The position numbers and the translations under genes were made by a program. A DNA stretch of 64,000 nt from Thermodesulfobacteriota bacterium (lineage in GTDB: Bacteria; Desulfobacterota_D; UBA1144; Nemesobacterales; UBA2774), in assembly GCA_965223335.1 (NCBI GenBank), contig OZ244991.1, forward strand, positions 640,001 through 704,000, given 5' to 3'. Position 1 is the stretch's first letter, and each line of letters starts with the position of its first letter. The notes beneath the pieces were generated by a model. The model saw only the letters and a list, made by a program, of their open reading frames with translations. It was not told where the DNA came from and did not search any database. Shown one piece after another: positions 28,868 to 39,916 of the stretch.

Positions 28868-30481
28868 ATGAGTCTGGATCTGATACGGAAGAAACATACC
28901 TGGTTTACTAGAATAGTACTTATACTGATAGGTATTGTGTTTATATTCGGCCTTGGATTTGTAGGGATATCGGGGCTGGGATCGGGTGGGGGAGTTGCCC
29001 CTACCGGTGTAGCTGCTACCGTTAACGGCGAGCCTATAAGTATGAACCAATACCTAAACATTAGAAAGAATGTTAGAAAACAGTACACGCAAAATAGCAA
29101 CATACCCCAAGAACTCATGCCTCAGATCGATATGATGGCATTGAATCAGCTTATAGAGCTCAAACTGCTGGCTCAGAAGGCCCGCGAGATGGGGTTTAGG
29201 GTATCGGACGAGGAATTAAGCAAGGATATACACTCCAACCCCGGTTTTCAGGTTAACGGTGTGTTTGTCGGCAAAGAAGCATATAATCAGTATGTCGAGC
29301 AGGGCCTAAGGCTCAGTGTCCCGGACTTTGAAAGTGGCTACAGAGACTCTATGGTGGTCGAAAAGCTAGCCAATTTTATTAATGAAACGGCCATAGTAAC
29401 AGACGAAAAACTCTTTAATCTCTACAGGTTACAGAACGAGAAGGCAAACCTTGCTTTTGTTGAATTTAATGCCGAGAACATAACCAACACCGATCTCCCC
29501 ACCGATAAAGAGCTCGAGGACTACTACAACCAACACAAAACCGATTTCAATACACCCGAACAAAGGAGTATAAGGTATTTAAAACTTGGCCCCGAGGTCT
29601 TTAGAAAAAACATAGAGATAACAGACCAAAATATTAAAGACTATTACGACGCCTATAAATCTACTTTTACAAACGAAGACGGCTCCGTAGCAGACATCTC
29701 GGTGGTAAGGGATGAGATCGCTGACAAACTAAAAACCCAACAAACGGAGCAGGAACGCTTGAAAGTGCTCCAAGATATTCAAAGCACTCTGGGTCAAAAA
29801 ATTGATACATTAGAAAATCTTGCTAAAAAGTATTCAGCAGACGAAATAATAGAAACCCGAGCATACGCCGCCACAAACGGCCCAAATGACATTCCCACAG
29901 AGATATGGCAGAGGGCATTCGCTTTCGACAGCAAAGACAGATACTACCAGCCGATGGGCGACTCCATTTGGTTTGCTGAGCTAAAGGATATAGTCCCCTC
30001 TAAGGAACGCAGTTTCGACCAGGCTAAAGGCGATGTCATAAAAACAGTTAATCTCGAAAATTCCAGAGCCGAGACCTCTAAAAAGGCAGGGGACGCTCTG
30101 CAAAAATTAAAAGCCGCCAACAAAGGAGAGTTTGCAAATAAAGCCCAAGCTTTGGGCCTTGAGGTAAACGAGACCGGGCTATTTACCAGGACCCAGCAGG
30201 TGCCCAAAATCGGTATCAAAGAGCTCGGGCTCTTGGCGTTTTCTCTAAATGAAGGATCAGCCGTAGCACCCAAGGTTTTTAACAACGGCAACAGCTACTA
30301 TATTGTTGCGTTAAAAGAGATAGAGGAAGTCAACAAACAAGAGTTTGAAAATCAAAAAGCCCAGATTGAGCAACAAGAGCTTGCAAGACAACGTAGAGCG
30401 CTCTTCGAGGACTGGATACAGAGACTGAAGCAGGAATCGGATATTCGTCCGAACGAAGACATACTCTCCAATCAAGGTTAA
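28868..30481 (+). CDS. PpiD/SurA-family membrane-anchored periplasmic chaperone
   Basis: N-terminal TM, ATVNGEPI SurA-N domain, degenerate parvulin region, C-terminal helical closure. Confidence 0.8.
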   Translation: MSLDLIRKKHTWFTRIVLILIGIVFIFGLGFVGISGLGSGGGVAPTGVAATVNGEPISMNQYLNIRKNVRKQYTQNSNIPQELMPQIDMMALNQLIELKLLAQKAREMGFRVSDEELSKDIHSNPGFQVNGVFVGKEAYNQYVEQGLRLSVPDFESGYRDSMVVEKLANFINETAIVTDEKLFNLYRLQNEKANLAFVEFNAENITNTDLPTDKELEDYYNQHKTDFNTPEQRSIRYLKLGPEVFRKNIEITDQNIKDYYDAYKSTFTNEDGSVADISVVRDEIADKLKTQQTEQERLKVLQDIQSTLGQKIDTLENLAKKYSADEIIETRAYAATNGPNDIPTEIWQRAFAFDSKDRYYQPMGDSIWFAELKDIVPSKERSFDQAKGDVIKTVNLENSRAETSKKAGDALQKLKAANKGEFANKAQALGLEVNETGLFTRTQQVPKIGIKELGLLAFSLNEGSAVAPKVFNNGNSYYIVALKEIEEVNKQEFENQKAQIEQQELARQRRALFEDWIQRLKQESDIRPNEDILSNQG

Positions 30482-30503
30482 CAGCAGGAGTGTAAGTATT
30501 GCA

Positions 30504-33203
30504 TTGGATAAAAAAGTATTCATTATCGGAAACAACAAAGATTATTGCGATAAAGTAAAAGAGTTCATAGAACAAAAGGGTATTGCTACAACCCTATTGT
30601 TGGACTACAAAGACGGAATTGACAAACTCTTTTACGAAAAACCAGAACTAACCGTTTTGGAACTCACAGACCAGGCACTTAGCCCCGGGCTTATAGCCAG
30701 AATCCAGGGCAACAGTTACTTCGAAATAATCGATTTTGTAAACGATGTCGAGCCAAACACCGATACTAATCAAATATATATCGTACAACAAGAGTCCCAA
30801 CTGCCGGTTTTAGAAGAGTACTTGAGTAAATACCCGACATCGACAGAACCCTCGGAGTCTGAGACAGAGTTCGATGAAGAAGGGAACCTGGAAGAGGTAT
30901 TTTTCCCCAAGTTGATCGTTGACCTGTACACGAAACGAAAGACCGGGATACTGGAAATACACTCGGCTACAAATCTAAAGATCTGCTTCATGAACGGCAT
31001 ACCTGTGTTTGCAGAGGGTGGAGGGATTGAGACAGCACTGGGCAAAATTCTGCTCGGCAGAAAAAAAATAAACGAGCAAGAATACATAAAGGCCGTCGAC
31101 ACCTCCTCTCAAAACAAACAAAAAATTGGAGAGGTGCTTGTGGAGATGGGTAAAATATCTCCGCACGAGCTAAACAACTATCTGGAACTCCAAGTTGCCG
31201 AGAAGATAATATATGGCTTCACATGCTTGAGCGGTAATTATAATTTTACAAATACAGCCAAATTTACTGATCGAATTGTTGTATACCAGACTAAACTGCC
31301 CGATGTACTGCGCTCGGCCATCGATAGGTACATTAATCCCGATACAATCGAGCTCTCGAGCACCGAGATAAATATTAATGAAGAGCTTAGAGCCAAAATG
31401 ATGAACGAGCTGGGTCTCGGCCCCAGGGAACTCAGGTTAGTCGACCTACTAAAACAGGGGGCTAAGTTCTCAGACGTTCTGGAATCATCGAGACTAAACA
31501 GAGATGAGACACGCAAATTAATATATTTCCTAAGCCTGCTAGGATTCATCAATATGCCGGATTCGTTTGTTGAGGACATCGGCAGACAATCGATTCAAAA
31601 CGTGCTTAAGTACTACGATCAATACACACAAACTGACCAGACTCCGGATCTACCGTTAGAAGAGGAGATAATAGAACTAAACGAAGAGATTATCGACAAT
31701 AATACAGAAGCTGTTGAACAAGACAACCTAGAACCCACACCAGAAACATTTGAAGAGGGTTCGCAGGAAATACCCATAGAAGACATTGCAGCGCAACCCG
31801 AGAGCAGTATGGCACCTGACGATAATGAATTCGAACCCGAGATAGCAGTTGAGACCGGTGACTTTGAGCAAACCACGGATGATGCTCACCATATTCCCGA
31901 GTACGAAGAGAACACAGTCGATATAAAATTGGATCTTGACGAGCAAGCTGATACGGCCCCAACCACAGAAAGGAGCCTGCCTCAGGATGTTTCGGGCTTC
32001 TCTACAGACTTAAACGATCTCGACCTGGGCATAGATGACGAGGAGTCTGATGAGATCAGCATAGAGCTTGGAATCGACCCCGACTCTGCCGACTCAACAT
32101 CCGAGACCGAGTCAGACACACTCGACCCGCTCAAAATTGAAACCGGTACTGAACAAGACGACACACCGTTAGAAAACATAGATTTAGAGACGGACATTAC
32201 GGCTGAGCAAAATACCGCTGAGGTCGATCTATCCCTTGATATAGAAGTGGATAGTACCCAGATTGAAGTCGAGACTTCCCCAACCCCTACAAATACAGAT
32301 AGCGAAGTTATAGAGGGTTTAAGTACCGAGCCCGGGGAGAGCCCGCAAATTGATATAGAAATAGATACAAAGAGCACAAACGACGTTGCGGACCTCCTGG
32401 GTGATGATGAGCCCACAATAGAGATTGAGGATTCTACCACAGAAGCAGAGCCCACTGTAGATAGCGAATTTATAAACGAGGTACTGGAAATCCATAAAAC
32501 ACTCACCAAAGTAGATCACTATCAGTTATTAGACATAAGTAGAGATGCTGACACTGATCAAATACGTAACTCTTATTATGCACTAGTAAAGAAATTTCAC
32601 CCCGACACCCACCCCGGTATGGATTCAGAGATGAGGGATAAAGTCGAGGAAATATTTACCACAATTACAAATGCTTACGAGACTCTCTCGGACGAAATGA
32701 AGAGGGATACGTACGATGCGAGTGATGAAATTGCAGATCTACAAAACAATGCAATGTCCTATTACGACGCTGAGATCGCGTTTAAGGCCGGTGAAACGTT
32801 TCTAAACCGCCGAAACTACATCGAAGCAGAAAGGAAGTTCAGCGAGGCTGTGGAGTTAAATCCCGAGGAACCCGCATATATCGGGGCTTCGGCATGGGCT
32901 AAATACCTGGCTGCTAAAGATAAAAACACCGTAAAGGATGATTGCTCTCGTCTGCTTGAAGAGGCCATAAACGCAAACAACAATATTGCCCAGAACTACT
33001 ACTATCTAGGCACTATATATAAAAACGACGATAACACCTATAAGGCAGAGAAGCAGTTTGAAAAAGCCGTAGAGCTTGCTCCGGATTTCTTGGAAGCCAA
33101 GAGGGAGCTACGCCTGATTCAGACCCGAAAACAGAATAAAAAACAGTCTATGAAAGACAAAAAGACCGAAAAGAGGTTTTGGTCCAGTATATTCAAGAAA
33201 TAA
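30504..33203 (+). CDS. Degenerate receiver-like + DUF4388-like + acidic linker + J-domain + TPR protein
   Basis: TTG start; KRKTGILEI...GIPVFA...LGKILL segment; ~280-aa Asp/Glu-rich linker; HYQLL...KKFHPD J-domain; TPR repeats. Confidence 0.8.
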   Translation: MDKKVFIIGNNKDYCDKVKEFIEQKGIATTLLLDYKDGIDKLFYEKPELTVLELTDQALSPGLIARIQGNSYFEIIDFVNDVEPNTDTNQIYIVQQESQLPVLEEYLSKYPTSTEPSESETEFDEEGNLEEVFFPKLIVDLYTKRKTGILEIHSATNLKICFMNGIPVFAEGGGIETALGKILLGRKKINEQEYIKAVDTSSQNKQKIGEVLVEMGKISPHELNNYLELQVAEKIIYGFTCLSGNYNFTNTAKFTDRIVVYQTKLPDVLRSAIDRYINPDTIELSSTEININEELRAKMMNELGLGPRELRLVDLLKQGAKFSDVLESSRLNRDETRKLIYFLSLLGFINMPDSFVEDIGRQSIQNVLKYYDQYTQTDQTPDLPLEEEIIELNEEIIDNNTEAVEQDNLEPTPETFEEGSQEIPIEDIAAQPESSMAPDDNEFEPEIAVETGDFEQTTDDAHHIPEYEENTVDIKLDLDEQADTAPTTERSLPQDVSGFSTDLNDLDLGIDDEESDEISIELGIDPDSADSTSETESDTLDPLKIETGTEQDDTPLENIDLETDITAEQNTAEVDLSLDIEVDSTQIEVETSPTPTNTDSEVIEGLSTEPGESPQIDIEIDTKSTNDVADLLGDDEPTIEIEDSTTEAEPTVDSEFINEVLEIHKTLTKVDHYQLLDISRDADTDQIRNSYYALVKKFHPDTHPGMDSEMRDKVEEIFTTITNAYETLSDEMKRDTYDASDEIADLQNNAMSYYDAEIAFKAGETFLNRRNYIEAERKFSEAVELNPEEPAYIGASAWAKYLAAKDKNTVKDDCSRLLEEAINANNNIAQNYYYLGTIYKNDDNTYKAEKQFEKAVELAPDFLEAKRELRLIQTRKQNKKQSMKDKKTEKRFWSSIFKK

Positions 33204-33302
33204 CACCCGTCTTATCAATTACAGATAAAAATTGTATTTTAGATTGTGTTTCCTTCTTTTTTTTGATAATCTTATAATCTAAGTTGCGTTAATTCCTAAA
33301 CA

Positions 33303-36300
33303 ATGAGAATCAAATCTATCGGGCTATCAGGATTTAAATCCTTCTACGATAAAACTGTTGTACAGTTTCATAACGATACGAGTGCGATCGTAGGTCCCAA
33401 TGGGTGCGGCAAATCCAATATATTAGACGCCATACGCTGGATACTCGGGGAACAGAACCCCCGCCGACTAAGAGCAGACGGCATGGACGAAGTCATCTCC
33501 AACGGAAGCGAGATTCTAAAACCGCTCGGCATGGCAGAGGTTTCCTTAGTAATGGAGGCACAGGAAAACGGAGGATTCGAAGAGGTAGAGATCAAAAGAA
33601 GGCTATTCCGCTCGGGTGACAGTGAGTATTACATAAACGGTGTCAACTGCCGTCTAAAGGACATAACCGAAATGTTTCTCGACACAGGCGCGGGTGCAAG
33701 GGCCTACTCAATCATAGGTCAGGGCCGAGTCGAGTTCCTAATCACCGCAAAACCCGAAGAAAAGAGGACCCTAATTGAAGAGGTAGCTGGGATCGGGAGA
33801 TATAAACTCAGAAAGCGCGAGACCGAGAGCCGTATAAGGTCTACAGAAGATAACCTAAGCCGTGTGACCGATATGGCAAACGAAGTAAAACACCATATGG
33901 ACACGCTTAGCAGACAGGCTGAAAACGCAGACAAATTCAAGCGTATTTCAGAAGAGGCTAAAAAACTAGAGTACTTTATATTAAGCGCTGAGCTCCTAGA
34001 GTTAAACGAAAACATAAATAGAATCTCAGCTGAACAAACCTCTCTCTCAACCGCTATTGCTGAGAGTGAGTCGAATATTCACGACAAAGACCAGCTAATT
34101 CGAGATATGAACTCCCTAATCGAGGTCTCAGATAAAGCCGTTGAAGAGTTAGAGAGTGATGTATATACGACTAAAACCAACCTGCAGTCCAAAGAATCTA
34201 TGCAGGAGATCGCAAGGAACGAGATTGCTAACATTGATATCTATATAGAGAGAATCAAAAAAGATATAGAGTCGCTAACACAAGAAAAAAATCTAACACT
34301 CTCAACAATTAGCAATAACGAAAGCAGACTCGGAGAACTTAAAACCCGGCTAGATTCCAAGTTAAATGAGATCCGGTCAAAACAAGACGAACTTTCAGCG
34401 CACAGATCAGGCTCGCAAAAGATAAAAACCGACCTCGACAACACAAAATCAGAGCTCTATCTTACATTAGACGAAATCAATTCATTCCGAGACACAATGG
34501 TAGGTTTTGAAAAAGAGCTAAGCGAATTGATTTCCAGAAAAAACATACTCACAGAAGAACTAACCCAGCACCAAAGCGAGAAAAAAGAGATATCCGGTAA
34601 ACTGACCGAGCTCGATAATACTATGTCCGATATAGCGGGCCGAAAAAAAGTTATCGAAGAAACAAATCAACAACTCGGCGAGCAAATAGAATCCTATAGG
34701 ACGAAACTAACAGTAAATGAAAATGAACAAAGCGAATTAACAAAAAACCTGAACGAAACTAAATCGCGTCTCGATGCACTTCGGCAGATACACGCCAACT
34801 ACGAATGGTTACCCCAGAAAATGAAGGAATTTGTAGTGGATTCGAAAGGTAACGGTATTATTGGTCTGGTATCTGATTTCATAAAGGCTAAAACTGGGTA
34901 TGAGACGGCCGTAGAATCGGCCTTAAGCGACAAACTGAGCTGGATAGTGTTAAGAGACCAATCCCACGTAAAAGAATCCATTGAATCGCTTCATAACAAC
35001 AACGTAGGCAGAGGCACTTTCTACACATCCACCCCAACAAATAAGCAGGGCAGAAACAATGCCGCTGAAGCCGGTCTTGCCCCACTTAGCAACTATATAG
35101 ATGCTGAGGGCCTTGAGAGAGACTTAATAGAGGCGCTTACTCAAAACATCTATGTTGTTGAGAGCTTAGACGATGGTCTCCGTTGCCATAACGACCAGAG
35201 CATCCATGCCACCCTTGTTACTCCAAAAGGTGATATTATTCACCCCGAAGGTGCTGTCACCGGAGGGCCGCCGGCACGAGGTGTGCTGACCATTAAAGGT
35301 GAGATTGACGAACTCTCAGCCCTTGTGAGCTCTATTGATGCAAATCTATCGGCTAAAACAAAGAAGATCGAAGATATAAGAAACGAGATCGACAACCTCT
35401 CCTCACGTTTTAAGTCCGAGGAAACCAAACTCATTGATATCGGCATCAAAGAGGCGGAAAACAACAAAGATATGCTAAACACAAGGAGTCTGCTAAATAG
35501 GATCGAGGAAAGGTGCAGTGCAATTGAGGATGAGATCGCACGCATTGATGAAGATACTCGGGGGCGTGAACTTAAAATTAACGAGATGAACACCACGGCT
35601 GCGAATTATGATCAAAAAAGGACGCAGATCCAACAAAACCTAAGCCTATTTGAAGAGCAGTTTAGCAATGTGGAAGAGGTAGAAAAAAAGATCGAAGCTG
35701 AGATTTCCGCACACTATATATCCAAAGCCTCTCTAGACGAACAGATCAAGAATATGGAAAAGGATATAGTAGAGCTAAATAGCAGGTCTGATCAAATAGA
35801 GATTAAACTCAAGTTCGAGACTAAAGAGATAGAAGAAAAAAACCAAAACAAGCTGGATTTACAACAAAAAAACATAGACGCCAAGAGCCAAATAAACCTG
35901 CTCGTAGAAAACCTGGAGACAAAAGAACAGGAACTTGCCGATAAAAAGACCGATCGTCTCAAAAACAATGAACAGCTGAAAACCTACCTGTCAGAGAAAG
36001 AAGAGCTGATGCAAAAGCTATCGGAGACCCACGATAAACACAACTCGCTTAGTATGGACTTAAACCGCCTTGAGATCGAAAAAGAGCATATTAAAGAGAT
36101 ATTCAGGAAAAACGATATTGACGAAAACACAATTTACAGCAAAGAAGACGGTGAAACACCCGAGATCCAACCAGAACCCATAGACATAGAGTCGAGCAAG
36201 ATTAAGCTCCAAAGGTTGCAGGCCAGAATAGAGAGGTTCGGCCCCGTGAACCTGCTTGCACCTGAAGAGTTCAAGAAACTCGAAGAACGACACATTTTCC

Positions 36301-36830
36301 TTACCGAGCAGATCGAGGACCTTACGTCCGCTATATCGTCGCTTAGAACTGCGATAAAAAAGATTGACAGCGAATCGGAAAAGCGATTTAAAGAGACCTT
36401 TGATCAGATGAACGAGAAGTTTACCGATATATTCAACCGATTGTTTAGGGGTGGAGAGGGTAAACTGGTGTTAACCGATCCCGATAACATGCTCGAGTCA
36501 GGTGTGGACGTAGTTGTAAGACCGAGCGGCAAGAGGTTTCAATCCATAAACCTGCTCTCTGGTGGGGAAAAAGCACTCTCTGCAATTGCTCTTGTGCTCT
36601 CAGCGTGTTGCATTAAACCAGCTCCTTTCCTATTGTTCGATGAGATCGATGCCCCGCTTGACGATAGAAACACAACACACTTTATCGACCTACTCACCGA
36701 GATGACGGATAGCTCTCAGGTCATCATGATCACTCATAACAAGAAAACTATGCAGTCTGTAAACTCGCTTATCGGCATTACATCCAATAACAAGGGCACA
36801 TCAAAGGTTGTCTCGGTAGAGTTAAACTAA
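33303..36830 (+). CDS. smc: Chromosome segregation protein SMC
   Basis: GFKSF, GPNGCGKSN, long coiled coils with hinge, GPVN, LSGGEK and FDEIDAPLD motifs. Confidence 0.96.
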   Translation: MRIKSIGLSGFKSFYDKTVVQFHNDTSAIVGPNGCGKSNILDAIRWILGEQNPRRLRADGMDEVISNGSEILKPLGMAEVSLVMEAQENGGFEEVEIKRRLFRSGDSEYYINGVNCRLKDITEMFLDTGAGARAYSIIGQGRVEFLITAKPEEKRTLIEEVAGIGRYKLRKRETESRIRSTEDNLSRVTDMANEVKHHMDTLSRQAENADKFKRISEEAKKLEYFILSAELLELNENINRISAEQTSLSTAIAESESNIHDKDQLIRDMNSLIEVSDKAVEELESDVYTTKTNLQSKESMQEIARNEIANIDIYIERIKKDIESLTQEKNLTLSTISNNESRLGELKTRLDSKLNEIRSKQDELSAHRSGSQKIKTDLDNTKSELYLTLDEINSFRDTMVGFEKELSELISRKNILTEELTQHQSEKKEISGKLTELDNTMSDIAGRKKVIEETNQQLGEQIESYRTKLTVNENEQSELTKNLNETKSRLDALRQIHANYEWLPQKMKEFVVDSKGNGIIGLVSDFIKAKTGYETAVESALSDKLSWIVLRDQSHVKESIESLHNNNVGRGTFYTSTPTNKQGRNNAAEAGLAPLSNYIDAEGLERDLIEALTQNIYVVESLDDGLRCHNDQSIHATLVTPKGDIIHPEGAVTGGPPARGVLTIKGEIDELSALVSSIDANLSAKTKKIEDIRNEIDNLSSRFKSEETKLIDIGIKEAENNKDMLNTRSLLNRIEERCSAIEDEIARIDEDTRGRELKINEMNTTAANYDQKRTQIQQNLSLFEEQFSNVEEVEKKIEAEISAHYISKASLDEQIKNMEKDIVELNSRSDQIEIKLKFETKEIEEKNQNKLDLQQKNIDAKSQINLLVENLETKEQELADKKTDRLKNNEQLKTYLSEKEELMQKLSETHDKHNSLSMDLNRLEIEKEHIKEIFRKNDIDENTIYSKEDGETPEIQPEPIDIESSKIKLQRLQARIERFGPVNLLAPEEFKKLEERHIFLTEQIEDLTSAISSLRTAIKKIDSESEKRFKETFDQMNEKFTDIFNRLFRGGEGKLVLTDPDNMLESGVDVVVRPSGKRFQSINLLSGGEKALSAIALVLSACCIKPAPFLLFDEIDAPLDDRNTTHFIDLLTEMTDSSQVIMITHNKKTMQSVNSLIGITSNNKGTSKVVSVELN

Positions 36831-37045
36831 ACCCAAAACTACCTGAGTCAGGTTGCGAATTATTAACTAATCCTAAACATTCCTGCAGAGGAATCTTTTT
36901 TCGCCTTAATTAATCTAATTTAGCAATGGTTACGGGCAATTGATAGCTGCTATCTACTAAATCCCGTAATGATGTATAGATTTGTGATATGTAGCATTTA
37001 CACTTATACTTTAACTGCTTTTCCCCAGCGGAGGACCTTTTCAAT

Positions 37046-39907
37046 ATGATTTCATATATTATGAAAAAGATCGTCGGCTCTCAAAACGAGAGAGAGTTAA
37101 AACGGCTTGCTTCGGTCGTAAAGACGATCAACGATCAGGAGAGTGGCCTGATCAACATACACACAAATGAGCTTCTGACCAAAACCGATGATTTCAAACA
37201 AACTATTGCAGATAAGCTAAACGGTAAAGGCTCAAGAGAGATTGACGATAAAACTCACGAGTTGATCGAAGACACACTATGGGACATCCTTCCCGACGCG
37301 TTTGCGTTGGTCCGAGAAGCAGGTCGCAGAACTCTCGGGATGCGCCACTTCGATGTACAGCTTATAGGGGGCATGGTCCTTCACCAGGGTAATATCGCAG
37401 AGATGAAGACCGGTGAGGGTAAAACACTGGTTGCAGCGCTTCCGCTTTATCTAAACGGTATAACGGGAAACGGTGCACACCTGGTCACTGTTAACGATTA
37501 CCTGGCAAGGCGCGATGCCATGTGGATGGGCCCCATATATAAAATCCTAGGACTCGATGTGGGTGTTGTAAACCACGATGTCTCTTACCTACTCGATTGG
37601 GAAGACCCGGTACGTGCACAAAATGCTATTGATAATAACTTAAGCGTGTGGCCCACGGAATATAGTGATATGGAAATCCCGCCTGAACGAAACCTCGATG
37701 TGCTGGCATCGTTTAAGACCAAGCTGGTCGAATGCACTCGTCAGCAGGCTTACCGTGCAAACGTAACCTACGGGACTAATAACGAGTTTGGGTTTGACTA
37801 CCTGCGTGACAATATGAAGTTCTCGTTGGATGACTATGTGCAGGGCGAACACACCTTTGCCATAGTGGATGAGGTCGACAGTATCTTGATTGACGAGGCA
37901 AGGACCCCGCTTATTATCTCGGGCCCTTCCGAGAGCTCGACCGAGCTCTATTTTAATATAGACAGGGTGGTAAAACGGCTTAGGCCCGACGTTGATTTCA
38001 CCATTGACGAAAAGACCAAACAGGTCACCCCGACAGAGGAAGGGTCCAGCAAGGTCGAGCGGGAACTGGGCATAAACAATGTATACGACCCCACAAACAT
38101 CGAGTTCCTGCACCACGTGATACAGGGGCTTAGAGCCCATAACCTGTTCCACAAAGACGTTGACTACATGCTTAAGGACGGCAAGGTGATTATTGTTGAT
38201 GAATTCACCGGAAGACTTATGCCGGGTAGAAGGTGGAGCGACGGACTACACCAGGCTATCGAGGCTAAAGAGGGTGTGGAGATTGAGAACGAGAACCAAA
38301 CCCTGGCCACCATTACTATCCAGAACTATTTTAGGATGTACCGTAAACTCGCAGGTATGACAGGTACGGCAGACACAGAGGCATTTGAGTTCAAAAATAT
38401 CTACAAACTGGATGTAAGCGTAGTACCCACCAACAAACCCATGATCCGCGACGATAGAAACGACTCTGTGTACAAAACTGAAAAAGAGAAGTACCAGGCT
38501 ATTGTAGACGAGATCCGAGAACAGACCGAACTAGGGCGCCCTACACTTGTAGGTACAACTTCTATTGAGAAATCGGAGAAACTGAACAAACTCCTTACAA
38601 AAGAAAAGATCCCGCACAAGGTGCTAAATGCCAAGCACCATGAGCAGGAAGCCGAGATCGTAGCACAGGCAGGACGCATCGGAGCCGTCACCATTGCTAC
38701 GAACATGGCCGGTAGAGGTACTGACATCATACTGGGCGGCAATCCTGAGTCCCTTGCCAAGGATATTATTCACAAGAAATTTAAGATCGATCCCACTGAG
38801 GCCGAGCCCGATCAGTTCGAAGAGGCAATGCTCGAGGCCAAGGGCATATGTGAAGACGAGAAAAAACGGGTGATCGATATGGGTGGGCTACATATTATAG
38901 GCACGGAACGCCATGAATCTAGACGAATCGATAACCAGCTACGCGGACGTGCAGGGCGTCAGGGTGATGAGGGCTCATCCCGCTTCTATGTCTCACTTGA
39001 AGATGACCTGATGAGAATATTCGCATCCGAGACTATCACTAAAATAATGGACAAGCTGGGCTGGGAAGAAGGCGAGCCGATCGAGCACAAAATGATCTCT
39101 AAATCCATCGAAAACGCTCAAAAGAAGGTGGAGGGGCGCAACTTTGATATTCGTAAACACCTGCTCGAATACGACGATGTACTCAACACACAGCGCGATG
39201 TTATATATAGACGCCGTAAAGAGATCCTGGCTGGCGGCGATACACTTAAAGACAACCTGTTCGAGATGACCGATGAGCTCATAGAAGAAATAGTAAACAT
39301 TAATGTCCCAGAAAAATCGGCCCCCGGCGAATGGGAGCCAAAAGAATTAGCGGAATCGATTCATGCAATTTTTAATATAGAGTACGATCTGACTGAACTT
39401 TCAGAGACCACGGGAAACAGGGACGAGATCACAGAGAACCTCATTGAGAAATTAAGGAGTTTTTATCAAGAAAAAGAGGAAGAGATCGGGTCAGAGACCA
39501 TGAGGCAGATTGAGCGTTATATTATGCTTCAAACCATCGACTATCTATGGAAAGACCACCTTCTCAACATGGACCATCTTAGAGAGGGTATAGGCCTTAG
39601 AGGATACGCACAGCGTGACCCACTGCGTGAATACAAGCGGGAGGGCTTTGATATGTTCTCGCGCCTCATGACACGCTATGCCGACGATATATGCGAAAAA
39701 CTGTTTAGGGTACAGCCTGTTAAGGAAACAGATATGGAACGTTTGGAAAGGCGACGGAAAATTGAGCAAGAGCGCATGGTGCTTAGCCATGGAGAGGCCC
39801 AAGAAAGAAAAACCCCTGTTCGCAGGCAACAGAAAAAGATAGGAAGAAACGACCCGTGTCATTGCGGGAGCGGGAAAAAATATAAAAAATGCTGTGGCAG
39901 AGCCTAA
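37046..39907 (+). CDS. secA: Preprotein translocase ATPase SecA (with ~50-aa insertion in NBD1)
   Basis: [39 protein letters not shown] and C-terminal [22 protein letters not shown]. Confidence 0.98.
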   Translation: MISYIMKKIVGSQNERELKRLASVVKTINDQESGLINIHTNELLTKTDDFKQTIADKLNGKGSREIDDKTHELIEDTLWDILPDAFALVREAGRRTLGMRHFDVQLIGGMVLHQGNIAEMKTGEGKTLVAALPLYLNGITGNGAHLVTVNDYLARRDAMWMGPIYKILGLDVGVVNHDVSYLLDWEDPVRAQNAIDNNLSVWPTEYSDMEIPPERNLDVLASFKTKLVECTRQQAYRANVTYGTNNEFGFDYLRDNMKFSLDDYVQGEHTFAIVDEVDSILIDEARTPLIISGPSESSTELYFNIDRVVKRLRPDVDFTIDEKTKQVTPTEEGSSKVERELGINNVYDPTNIEFLHHVIQGLRAHNLFHKDVDYMLKDGKVIIVDEFTGRLMPGRRWSDGLHQAIEAKEGVEIENENQTLATITIQNYFRMYRKLAGMTGTADTEAFEFKNIYKLDVSVVPTNKPMIRDDRNDSVYKTEKEKYQAIVDEIREQTELGRPTLVGTTSIEKSEKLNKLLTKEKIPHKVLNAKHHEQEAEIVAQAGRIGAVTIATNMAGRGTDIILGGNPESLAKDIIHKKFKIDPTEAEPDQFEEAMLEAKGICEDEKKRVIDMGGLHIIGTERHESRRIDNQLRGRAGRQGDEGSSRFYVSLEDDLMRIFASETITKIMDKLGWEEGEPIEHKMISKSIENAQKKVEGRNFDIRKHLLEYDDVLNTQRDVIYRRRKEILAGGDTLKDNLFEMTDELIEEIVNINVPEKSAPGEWEPKELAESIHAIFNIEYDLTELSETTGNRDEITENLIEKLRSFYQEKEEEIGSETMRQIERYIMLQTIDYLWKDHLLNMDHLREGIGLRGYAQRDPLREYKREGFDMFSRLMTRYADDICEKLFRVQPVKETDMERLERRRKIEQERMVLSHGEAQERKTPVRRQQKKIGRNDPCHCGSGKKYKKCCGRA

Positions 39908-39916
39908 TAACTACCT

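Noticed and set aside
33303..36830. SMC as a Wadjet/MksB-type defence ATPase
   Set aside because: Canonical SMC length, hinge and motifs, with no jet/mks neighbours; scpAB are often unlinked.
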